Both the position numbers and the translations under genes were made by a program. A DNA stretch of 60,425 nt, counting the filler, from Dirinaria sp. TL-2023a (taxonomy: Eukaryota): assembly GCA_051941275.1 (NCBI GenBank). It is 11 parts of 11 records of this genome, joined end to end, with 100 filler letters (N's around TTAATTAATTAA, not from the genome) between each part and the next. Parts side by side here need not be neighbours in the genome. Positions count along the whole stretch, not along the records: positions 44,064 to 49,453 come from JAVEBF010001675.1; positions 49,554 to 54,941 come from JAVEBF010001676.1; positions 55,042 to 60,425 come from JAVEBF010001677.1; 8 more parts are not named here. One strand, written 5' to 3'. Within the stretch, counting starts at the first letter, position 1. Each line of letters opens with the position of its first letter. The notes beneath the pieces were generated by a model. The model was given only the letters and a program-made list of their open reading frames with translations. It did no database searches and was not told where the DNA came from. Below, one piece after another: positions 47,420-58,379 of the stretch.

Positions 47420-48738
47420 ATGACAAACATAGGTAAGGCCTTTTGGATATGTTGAACGCACCCTACTTCACGACAACATCTACCTTAGCTAGCCAAGTTT
47501 AGTGACCGCTGGTTCAAGAATGATACTGATATTTTCTTAGAAGCCAGAGCTGTTCCACTCACGTGCCACGGACATTCTCGGCCTGTCACTCATCTCAACT
47601 TCTCCCCCACCGTCGACCATGACCAATTTTACATGATCTCTGGTTGCAAAGGTCGGTAGCTGGCCAGCATAACCCGATTTAAATAGATGGCTGATGTACC
47701 CCAGATGGCAATCCGATGCTTCGTGATGGTCTCACTGGTGACTGGTAAGCTACATCTTCCTACAAGGCTAACTATAAGTATAAATTGACAATCCAAGGAT
47801 CGGGACCTTCATAGGCCATAAGGGTGCTGTGTGGCAAGGCCGTATTTCGGACTGTGCGACTATGGCTGCCACGGCCTCAGCAGACTTTTCTGCGTAAGCT
47901 CAACAGCGGCATCTATTAGGTAGTAGCTATGCTAACCCTCATTAGAAAAGTCTGGGACTGCCACACTGGGGAATGCATATGTACCCTTCAGCACGCTCAC
48001 ATTGTACGCACAGTCGCCTTCCCACCAAACCACAACCCTCTCCTTCTAGCCACCGGCGGCTTCGAAAAGAAACTCCGTATCTACGACATATCGCAATACA
48101 GAAAGGATTCGCACCCGAGTAATACGAACGGCGTGAATGGTAGCAATAGCACGTCCTCAGGCTCGCCTACAAGCCCCGAGGCCCTGAACGGAGTTACAAA
48201 AACAGTCACAGACCCTGGTAGCTTCGAAGTAGGAGAAGGCGTACACAAGGGGACCATCAAATCGATCGTCTGGCTCGGAAACGATACCCTGGTCACCGTG
48301 GCAGACGATAACAAAGTCCGGTGGTTCGACATCCGTGCTCGCTCCCTGCTCAAAGAATACGACCTCGCTGGTCCCATCGGCAGTTGCGAGGTCGACTCCG
48401 AAGGCGCCATCATCTCCGTCGCGGGCGGCAAGACGGCATACTTCTTCTCCGGCTCGCAGCCAGGCCATCTGATCAAGTCTGTCGATACACAACACGAGCT
48501 CGCGAGCGTGGCGCTGCACAAAGAAAAGCGACAATTCGTGGTCGGGGGCACAAGCGATACCTGGGTCAGGGTTTACAACTACGACACGGGGAAGGAGGTC
48601 GACGTTCAAAAAGGCCATCACGGCCCAGTATGGACGGTGGGGATCACGCCGGACGGAAAAATGTACGGCACCGGGAGCGAGGATGGAACCATCAAGCTGT
48701 GGAAGTTCACTAATGAGCCTTACGGGCTGTGGCGGTGA
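47420..48738 (+). CDS. STRAP: Serine-threonine kinase receptor-associated protein (STRAP/UNRIP)-like WD40 protein, five exons
   Basis: Spliced [51 protein letters not shown] and KGHHGPVW...GSEDGTIKLW. Confidence 0.88.
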
Positions 48739-48791
48739 GGAAGCAAAGGGAGAAGACTCTGGAGGACAGAAAAGGAAGGAAGGAATGGCGA

Positions 48792-49352
48792 AATGGCTTC
48801 TGCTCATCTGGTTTTGAAGGGGTGGGGAAGAAACGGTGCATGCGGTGTTCCTGCTCTTTTAAAATCTCGTTGTCTATCTGGGCTGGATGATACCCCATAT
48901 TCTGCAATCGGTAACCGGAGGGGGGCCGGGGGGGGCGCCAATTTGAAACTCATTAAGAAAGAATATCATCGATATTGCCCTCTTCTTCAAGGCTTTCTCA
49001 TCATGCGCAGTCAGTCATTGACTATCAATCTATTTCCTGAATAATTTCTCCCTTGCAACCGTGTTAGCTAGCTAGCCTGATATTCCCAGAATGGCTTCTG
49101 CTCATCTGGTTTTGAAGGGGTGGGAAAGAAACGGTGCAAGCGGTGTTTCCTGCTTTCTTTTAAAATCTCGTTGTCTTATCTGGGCTGAATGATACCCCAT
49201 ATTCTGCAATCGGTAACCGGAAGGGGCGGGGGGGATTTGAGACTCCTTAAGAAGAAGAATATCGTTGACGCTGACCTCGTCAACGCTTTTCTCATCATGC
49301 AAGTCAGTCATTGACAATCAATCTGTCTCCTGAATTTCTCCCGTGCAACAGT
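48792..49352 (+). repeat. Diverged direct duplication of about 265 bp (48792-49062 and 49090-49352) downstream of the STRAP-like gene
   Basis: Both copies start AATGGCTTCTGCTCATCTGGTTTTGAAGGGGTGGG and share GATACCCCATATTCTGCAATCGGTAACCGG and AGTCAGTCATTGAC. Small indels between copies. Confidence 0.93.
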
Positions 49353-49453
49353 ATCAGTGTCAGCCAGCCTACCCTGGATCTCGAACCTCGTAAGCATATA
49401 TATAGTGTATCACACGTAGCAGGGGGAGCTGGGCTGGGTCCTCAGAATTATCG

Positions 49454-49553
49454 NNNNNNNNNNNNNNNNNNNNNNNNNNNNNNNNNNNNNNNNNNNNTTA
49501 ATTAATTAANNNNNNNNNNNNNNNNNNNNNNNNNNNNNNNNNNNNNNNNNNNN
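49454..49553. other. Artificial contig spacer
   Basis: N44-TTAATTAATTAA-N44. Confidence 0.99.
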
Positions 49554-49825
49554 ATCGCTTCACTTGTCAAAGACCCACTACCATCTGTCTGTGTATTGAC
49601 ATAAACTTTAGTGTCAATGGTAAAGGCCTCGCTGAGCACTCTCGTCTGGCCAATCAGCTCTTCTGCTTTTCCTAGCTTCATTGGCGGATAGCGAGCTCCC
49701 GAATCGAGACGATGAACGTCTATATCCTTGAGAGTTCTGAGGAGAGGTTGAACCGATGAGGAATCCTGGAACTCGGTCATGTCCATACCAAAGGTGGCAG
49801 TTCCGAAGATGAGATGAGGAGCCAT
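49554..49825 (-). CDS. Aldo-keto reductase (aflatoxin B1-aldehyde reductase/AKR7-like), N-terminal fragment
   Basis: MAPHLIFGTATFG, LDSGARYPP (catalytic D and Y), AEELIG, IDTKV (catalytic K). Truncated by the spacer. Confidence 0.85.
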
Positions 49826-51068
49826 TAAGATATGCAATAAGCAAAGAGGCTAGTGCTTGAAAGCTGAGAAACAGCCTGTGCGTAGTGGATGTCAGTAGTA
49901 TCCATTTTGCGTTATCTTGACGGCTCGTTATTTATGGGATAATTATTATATCTGTTCGGGTCCGGATACAAGTGATCCGGGAGAGTATATAGTTGAGGTT
50001 AGACTCGTAAGCTAGTATTATTAATCGAAGAAACCGGACGGATCGGACAATCACAGTAGAGACGGTACGAATGATACTTTGTAGGGTAAAGAAAGGAGAT
50101 ACGATAGCATTAGGCCTCCAAGAACAGCTCTCGAAGTCCCAATATTTTCAGGAGAGATTGAGCATTCTCACTGCATCCAAAAGAAGATTCAATGTCTTGG
50201 CGTTGACCAGACTACCTTATGATCTTCCAGAGCATGGCGCAAACAGTCTTTTTATGGCGATCAGCGCCACCGGTGGAAGCAATTGAAGCTCGTCCAGGGA
50301 ACCACGCAAGATGATCACCTAGACGATGCAACTTGCCATCTGAAGCCGACCTGGCTCCATCAATGCTCACTTGTAAGACACTGCTTAGTCTTGACGCTCG
50401 ACATGACTTAAGAGTCCGTTCTCCCCATCCAAATTTGCCCTCGCATCTAGTATAGCAGTAGCTTCTTATGAACCTTTTTCAGATCTCAGTAGCAAATCAT
50501 TGGCGAAATAAGTTCCAAATCCCCAAATGTTGGGAATGGAATTGCTCCGGAGGTGTAGAGCAATGAGGAAACATCCGCAGTGCCAAGACGCTAAGGATAA
50601 GTGAGATTTATGTTGATCGTGGATTCAACATAGACAGAAAATATGAAGACTGAAGTTGAGCAACGTCAAAAAGTTCTTCTGCATCGATCAATGCCGACAA
50701 GGCGTGATATTCCGGCATGACGCGTTACGTCTTACTTCTTATGAGACTTCCTTTTCCAGCCACTCGTCCCATTGCTGCACTGCGAAGCTGCTTCAGATAT
50801 TGCGCTTCCCAGCCTACCGACGAATGAATAATTGACGCAAACATTGACATCTGCCTGGAACAAAGTTGGCTTGGCCTGAAGTCGGACTATGATACAATCG
50901 GGCATCGTTCCAACATATTCTAATCACTAGCATGCACCAGTTTCTCCGGATGGAATAGAAGGAGCCGCATTCATCGTTAGCGCAGTTGCTGATACGACTC
51001 CTAACTAGATCTCTCTATCTTCTCAGTTCAATCGTTGACCCCTGCTCTGTGTCTCAACGAATGCTTAA

Positions 51069-52949
51069 TTAAGAGCGTGGTAAATATGGAGCACTCTGCC
51101 AGAACTGACAACGCTCGGGTAGCTGCCTGATGCCTCTCTCGTCTGCTATCGGACCTACAAAATCGCTGCCAAGGTTCTGCACCGTCGACCCTGGTTTCGT
51201 AGGCGGAAAGGGCGGCAAATTTGGCGCGTTCGGTTGGCCCGTCTGTGCAAAGCGCACCATATAGCCCTGCAGAATCTTTGCCACCGTGGTATTGACGCCA
51301 GAAACTTCTCCAAAGTCATAGAAGGTATATGGGAGGTCATTCCCGTGCACCGCGGGTGGCACGGACCATTCGTACGCGTACGTCGGACGTAGGAAGTTCG
51401 CCTGATTCATGTACCGGGTATTGCACACAAGATTAGCGTCGGCGATGGTCAAGTTGTTGCGCTCCGCTTGAGTTGTGTAGCCCTGTGAGCCGTCGAAAAC
51501 TGGTGGATAAAGTTCTTGTGTAACCCTTCGCAAGGCAGCGGCGTCGCTTGCGAGTGGCTGGAAGAACCTTTCCAGGTAACTTGCATAAGATGATTCATCT
51601 GTAACCAATGTGTTTGGTACAAAACGGGAGCCTTCATCCTGATTGTGACCTGTCATTACGGAGAGCGCGCGATCAAAGCGCCCCTGTTGAAACAACCTGC
51701 CCGGCAGCTCAGGAACATAATTACTGTCCTGTACAACGCCTAACAAGCATTTGTTAGCGCATGAATGTATCTGGCGTGCATTGTAGCCACTTACCAAATA
51801 TAAAAGATCCAAATGGCGTCGCATTCCCAACGAGAAGCGCATTCAGCCTCTGCAAGTCGGCCGATGACATGCTTCGAAGCGTGCTGATTGAAGTTACATT
51901 TCCAAAACGCAACACAGCGTCGACACGTGAATTTGGAAACGGTTTGGTTGGCACGACGTACGGGCTCTGCGCAATAGCGCCCTGAAACGGGGACCTTTTC
52001 TCGCTACCGCCGTATGCGGTGATATGAGCTTCAATAGAGCCGCCGCCGGCTGACTCGCCGAGGATGGTTACTTGAGAAGGATCACCACCAAAGGATCGAA
52101 TATTTTTCTGGACCCACTCAAGAGCAAAGCGTTGGTCTAGCAAACCCGCGTTTGGTGTCACATCTGCGCCGTTCATCCAACCCTTACACCCGATTGTCAG
52201 CGTCCAGTGATTCTCAGATTCGGTTGTGTTTCCTGCCATAGTCGGGGACGATGACCGCAGAACTTACGAAGAGACCGAGACGATAATTCATGGTCACGAG
52301 AATAATTCCTTGGCTGCCAAACTGCTGGCTACGCGTGACTAGGCCATAACCCCTACCGCTAGCGTCTTTCCAACCAATATCGAAGCCTCCGCCAGGGATC
52401 CACACCAGCACTGGAGCGCTGCTAGTCCGCCGCGTATCCCATATTCCCTTGGGGAGTAAGACGTCGAGGAACAAGCAATCCTCCGAGGTGCGAGGATCCA
52501 CGGGCGGAATATCGGCAGGGGCGAAAGGGCCAACTGCACCAGTAGTAAGCCACTTCGGATACGCTTGAGGGCAGATAACATCGCTATGGTTCTGAATTCT
52601 GCTCCGATCGGTTCCAGGCGGCGTGGGCGCAAGGAAGCGCAATGACCCAATTGGCGGGGTGGCATAGCGTATGTTCCTGAAGGTGACGAGAGATTCATTC
52701 TAGACATGAGAGACAAGACTTTGTAAGCTTAGATCCAGATATGTGTAAGAGGTGCATCTATCTCCCGCCGTGGGGCACATGTTAGGTGAGCCATACAACT
52801 ACCGCTTCACCTTGGTTTATTTGATAGCCAAGGTCGACCAAATAGTCGTTTCCACTAGTGAAATTGCCAGGAGCTCCCCATGGAGTGAGAGATGGCGTAT
52901 AGAGGGAGAAGAGTGCAATGACAAAGGCAAGCACCGCGAAGACTGGCAT
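51069..52949 (-). CDS. Secreted type-B carboxylesterase/lipase, multi-exon
   Basis: Signal peptide [65 protein letters not shown]. Catalytic GESAGG (S), NQDEG (E) and VHGND (H). Confidence 0.92.
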
Positions 52950-53429
52950 TGGAGGAATGGAATTAGCATATTATACAGCATCGGTGACTGTCCAAATATG
53001 TTGTCAATTTATACGTACCGCAAGCTGAAAGAGTCATGGGAGTCATTGTGTCTTCGATCTGGTAGTTAAGTTCTGCATTCTCAAGGTTTGGGTGGGATCC
53101 TTCGGAGAGACTTTTCTCCGCTAATCGCATTTGAAGCTTGCGGATGGGTTATTAAGAATAGTCGCTCGAGGAGATATCAGGTTTTAGGCGCGGCAGTCAC
53201 TGTATTCGCATAAGTCGTGATCGTTTGTAAGACTATGTGGACACGATTTGATGTGTGAGCAGATGGTCCTAGCGTGATTCCCTTACGACATTAGGAATCA
53301 AGATTGGGGATGAGCAAGGTCTGAAAATTCGACATTAAATTTTCTTCTTTTATTCTTTCTTTTGACGCGTTGTATCTGTGCAGCACTAAGATTATTTGAA
53401 TTTTCGAATAATGCATTGTGCCTTGCTTT

Positions 53430-54277
53430 TCATTTGACGTTCTTATCCAGCCACTCCTCCCATTGCTGTGCTGTGAAGCTGCTTAAGATGCTGTTTTCAA
53501 CCACGCCCTAATTCGAACCATCAGCCTCAAGTTTTCATAGAGCGGCTTCTGCAGCACTTACGTTGAAGAGAACCGTTGGTGTGACATGGACGCCTGTCAA
53601 CCGGTTTGCCTGCACAAACGGTTAATAATATCTCACCACTGAAGTAGAGACTTCTGTAAGATACTCACCTTGACCATCAGCTTAACATCGTCTGTAACCT
53701 TGTTGCCAACGTTCGCACTCCCGTCATCGCCTTCTTTATCTGGCACTTCCAGTAGTCCATATACGTCCTTCTCACTCACGCCCACTTCCCCAGCCAACTT
53801 CGCCAAGCGTTTGTACGTGTCATTCCTCACCTCACGAACAACATGAACATCGAAGTACTGCTTCTGCTGCTCGAAAAGCTTGGCGCTAAAAGCCCAGAAT
53901 TTGTCCGGGGCAAGGCGGAGGACTGCGGTGCCAGCCTCATGCACTAGGGTTGAAGAGGGATGCCAGGGCTGGATCTGCTGGCGGAAGAGGAACTGCACTT
54001 TGCCCGGGTACTTTTTAGGCAGGAGTGGGAGGACAGAAGAGTAGAGGGTATTGAACATCTTAGCCGAGAACTGCGAAGTTTAGGTGATGGAGACAAAGGC
54101 CCAGAGAGGCAGGTTGAACACGTACAGGGCAGACATAGTCGAGGTCTACGCGAAAATTAATGGTTATACTCAACATCAAAAGACAGTACAGAACTTACAG
54201 AGTTCAATCGTATGGATTGCTTTCGGATGGACGTTGGATGAGTACGCCTGCCCAGCGAATTTTGGAGGTAGAGCCAT
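53430..54277 (-). CDS. Thioredoxin-fold (DsbA-like) protein with a CPFS motif, multi-exon
   Basis: MALPPKFAGQ...HTIELY/LDYVCP|FSAKMF, QIQPWHPSSTLVHEA, GVHVTPTVLFN|G, ends WEEWLDKNVK*. Confidence 0.85.
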
Positions 54278-54624
54278 GTTGGCGACCCAGTCTGATGTAG
54301 TTCAATGGCAGTCTGAGACAAGGCCCATGAGGTGGAAGCTTTTACATGACCAAGACCAACTTCAAAGGAAGACGTGCTGGAGACAGCAAAATATTCAATC
54401 GCGGGGTGGTGGGGTAGAAGATGGCGTCATCAGGTACGCGCAGAGACCCCTCGACCCGAAAGCGTTAGTCGCGCTTGGAGCGTCAATTTTCCACGGAAAG
54501 AGTTCCGAAGCTAGGGCCTGCCCTGGTAGTCTCGCACTTCAGTAGATCTAAGGTACTTACAGCCCCTTCAGCATCATGACCTTAAAGTCTAATTTAGCTG
54601 TGGGCTTGGACAGTGCCTGCGGCA

Positions 54625-54941
54625 ATGGCTTCAATGCTGTCCGTTCCAACAGTAACGCCGGTACGCAATAGTTCCCACCGCAATAGCTCTGTCAGCAGCT
54701 AATATTGATATGTTAGAATGATCTCCTCGCCTTTCGAGCCCGCATTTTCAATGATGTGCCCGTGCCAGAGACTTCTGCCCAAGATCTGGAAGATGAAGAC
54801 GACGGCCTCGGCTACTATCCAGATGGCGTCAAACGTACCCTGACGGATGATCAAGTCGCCATGTTCAGGCACAGCGAGATCTACAGCTTGCTCCGCGAAC
54901 GTCAACGAGAGCAAGAAAAAGCAGATGCTGGACCCGGAGCT
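54625..54941 (+). CDS. DUF3807-family fungal protein, 3'-truncated
   Basis: Short first exon (MASMLSVPTVTP), intron, then DDGLGYYPDGVKRTLTDDQVAMFRHSEIYSLLRER. Confidence 0.8.
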
Positions 54942-55041
54942 NNNNNNNNNNNNNNNNNNNNNNNNNNNNNNNNNNNNNNNNNNNNTTAATTAATTAANNN
55001 NNNNNNNNNNNNNNNNNNNNNNNNNNNNNNNNNNNNNNNNN
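54942..55041. other. Artificial contig spacer
   Basis: N44-TTAATTAATTAA-N44. Confidence 0.99.
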
Positions 55042-55339
55042 ATGCGGTCTGATGTTGGGTATCGGGACAATGGGCTGTAGGAAAACAGGCATATGTATGA
55101 GAGCTGGCAATGTCATGTGACCAAATGTCTGGGTGCAAATCGTGCTGAAGTGAGGTTCCTCTAGAAGTGATGGTACTGTCAATTTTGGTCAGCTACACGA
55201 CGTTCAAGCTTGCAAATCCATGCCGCGATATCGTAATCTAATGCGAATAGTATGTACTTCATCTAGTCCGGTCCACGTAATTCGTCTTGGTCGCTTTATG
55301 GCCGTCGGAGTTTTCTTCTCCATCTCGAAGCTTTGCTTC

Positions 55340-56161
55340 TTATGGGTTCTGCTGACGCCCTGTTTCATGAAATATGTTATTAGCATCTATTTTTCAAAGC
55401 ATGCTCATCGAACACGAGGGCCGCCTACATTGCTGGATCTCGTCTTCGCTAAGCTCCCTCAGCTTGTTCACATTCGGCGCACTGCCTGTCACGACACCCT
55501 TGACAATCTCCGCTCCTCGCCCCAAAAGTGTGCCCGAGGCAATGGCATAGGTCGCCGTCTTTGCCGTGACCTTGATGACGCCGATCCTGGGGTCTTCGGG
55601 GCCTCCGTCATGCGTGCCGTCTTCGAGGTCGCCCAGCCAGGCTTTGAGGCCTGGGGAGTAATATTTGCGGACGGTCTCGCGGTCGGTGACGATGGACGCT
55701 TCGCCGCTGATGGACGCCCATTCGCCGGTCGGGTTCAGGAAAGCGATGTTGATCTTGGGGTCGGATTTCAGATCGTCCGTCTTGCCGGACTCGGTATTGG
55801 TGTGGAATAGCAGGTCGAGGCCGCCACCTTCCTGTTAGGCTCTCCATATCAGTAAAATGTTATCATGATTAATCAATCGTTCTTATTTGTTGTTCTAATG
55901 GGACCCGTTGGCCCCGAATAAGATGAATAAAGGGTGAAGCGCAGATTCGGGAATCGGGCCTACCTTTGCGGCCAGGGCCATGCAGCGAGAGGTAAGCAAG
56001 CCAGTGCTACCAATGCGGGTGGTCATCATGCCGAATTTGCATTGCGAGACGAAGTTGGAGAGGTCCTCGACCTTTTCCTTGAGGTCGGGTTCGTTCTTAT
56101 TCGTGGCCTTGTAGGGGTCGGCGGGCTTGTCGCCAGGCACATCCGTGTTGCTGAAAGACAT
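55340..56161 (-). CDS. bli-3: Blue-light-inducible protein BLI-3 (FMN-binding split barrel, pyridoxamine-5'-phosphate-oxidase-like); alternative in-frame ATG at 56365
   Basis: MSFSNTD..KPADPYK, KFGMMTTR, SRCMALAAK|EGGGLDLLFHTNTESGKTDDL, WLGDLEDGTHDGGPEDPRIGVI; last exon WRQQNP*. Confidence 0.9.
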
Positions 56162-56976
56162 CTTGGAGGATGTAGAGATGGTGCGGGAGTAGTTGCTCTT
56201 GAGCGACGAATGGGTGGGCTGAGTTGATCGAGAGGTTGCGAGTGGCAGGCGTGAATGAGTTATAGTCGAAGTGTAGTGGCGGGTTGATGCTGACAGTGAC
56301 GATATCCGATGCCGGGGCGGGGTGCAGCAACGTCGGCAGAGGAAGGCAGTGGAGGTGGGCGGCATCGATGAAATTACTTTCTTGCCTGACGAGTACAATG
56401 TCTTCACATTGCAGGCCTACTTTCGTTCTACAGCATGTCTTTTACGCACTACTCCGTCTCCTATCAATCTGTTCGCCGTTTCTCAGAGATTCGCATGTTC
56501 GATCGAACCCCAGGACTATGTCGTCATTGGTCCTTGCAAGGCAGCCCCTAGTCCTTGTATGGACTAGCCAGATTGAAGTATCTTGGTACCTCAGTAGAGC
56601 CTCAATTCCCATGTCGTCCACGTTTTCACATGTAATCGAAGTAATCTCTGCAAAGCATAGAACGAGAGCCCGTCTCCTACACCACCTCACTCAAACGCAC
56701 CTATGAAGAACTGGACACCGGACATTGGAGCTGAAGCTTCAAGAGAACCTTAAGGGTTGCGGCTGGGATTACCTGTCCCGGCTAGATGGACGAGTGGAAG
56801 AGTCGCGACTGTTTGGGCATTCTTGCTGGGCCATCATTGACTCATGGTTCCATTATGACTTGCTGTTCCAATGGACCACGTGCTGTTGCGTCGCGAAGTT
56901 GGTTGCATACAAACGGCCGTGTGGATCTAACCATGCAACGAAGAATCCAGTCAAACGGGCTTTGATGCGAGAATAG

Positions 56977-57010
56977 CAGCAGGATAGCAGGCAGCAGGAT
57001 AGCAGGCAGC
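56977..57010 (+). repeat. Short tandem repeat (GCAGCAGGATAGCAG) x about 2.3
   Basis: ...GCAGCAGGATAGCAG GCAGCAGGATAGCAG GCAGC read directly. Confidence 0.8.
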
Positions 57011-58329
57011 TAGCTTTTCACGGGTTCCGAGATGCAGTACGAGTACCTTTCCTACCTTTCCCTACCTTGGGGACCGGACTAAGCACCTAAACCCCCAGTG
57101 GAGTAATAACAAGCTGACGTTTTAACTTCTAAGGATATAACTTAGAATCCCCAGAACTACCTTACTGATCCGAGCCAGGGAAATCGATCTCTCGTCTTCC
57201 GTACATGTTGATACGAGAACGTCTCTTCATTAAGGTATTCTTGGTCTTTGCTACTACCTACTATCCGGCCCAAAGGAGAGTCTCACACGTTCTGGGTCTA
57301 TTGTGATATTACTCAGCATGTCCTTGGGTCGGAGGGATGTTTGCCCGCTTGACCGCTTTTCCATTCAGGGGACATGCCAACTTTCATCCGAGCGTCTCAA
57401 GGCTGGAGGGTCGAGAAGGTCCTTCGACTGTCAGGAACCAGCCACGAATCTCACGCATGACTCTTTGCATTGCTACATTACTTTATTATTATTCCCAGCA
57501 ACACCACTTGTATCAGCCTTGGCCGTCGTTTGGCGTCGGAGGATGAAATGCACCATATCTCCGACGGGCCCGCGAATGTTACTGGATGTGCGGTGGGCGC
57601 ATCGCTACCACCTGCGGCTATGAGGGTCCACATGCCCCGCTATCAACCTCCGGGTGAGAGTCTGTTAGTCTAATCTCCTGAATCTACTCCCGGAACCCGG
57701 ACTCCCCAGGTGATTGCTAAGCCGAACAGGCATCCAGCCTTTTTCCTATGGACGACGGTGTAACATCGTGTGTACAGTAAGTAGTAACAATAATGTACAG
57801 TACCTTACTGTACCTTCGTAAGTGCTGCCCGAACAGGTGTTCATCCCTTTAGGTAGCCAGGGATAAGCATGTGTCGGCTCACCTCATCCTTCCTCCATCA
57901 TCTGCGACCTAAACCTTTACCGTGTCCCTGGGGCAGTCTATTGCCTTAAGCAACCATTTCACTTTCCATCTCTAGCGCCCAACGAAGACTCGGTCTCTCG
58001 GTCCGTGCAAGAAATGGCATAATAAATAATCCTGCTTTCGACCATTCGATCCAGGTAGAACGAGGGGAAACTCCAATCGGTCAATTGACTCACCATTCCA
58101 TTGTTACATATCTTACTATATTATTGTGACTAGCTTTTACACTTCCTCCAATCTCGTATCCCCGTCACGTAAGCTATTGAAGCTTACCTTACCTGCCTTA
58201 CTACTGTCAAACTGTCTTGCCTTCTTTTATATTCGCCAATACTCTCCTTTCCATCCCAACTTGCCCAAGCAACCTTCTACACCCTACCAAGTTCCCTTCT
58301 ACATCTTGTGCTTTAACTGCCAATTTTCG

Positions 58330-58330
58330 T

Positions 58331-58366
<36 letters not shown>

Positions 58367-58376
58367 TCCTTCCTTC
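58330..58376 (+). repeat. (TTTC)n microsatellite immediately before the MFS start codon
   Basis: About 9-10 TTTC units, then TTCC/TTC, ending 3 nt before the ATG at 58380. Confidence 0.95.
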
Positions 58377-58379
58377 AAC

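Noticed and set aside
5415..55041. Regularly spaced TTAATTAATTAA repeats every ~5.5 kb as a CRISPR-like or biological array
   Set aside because: They are embedded in N runs and are a standard six-frame-stop assembly linker.
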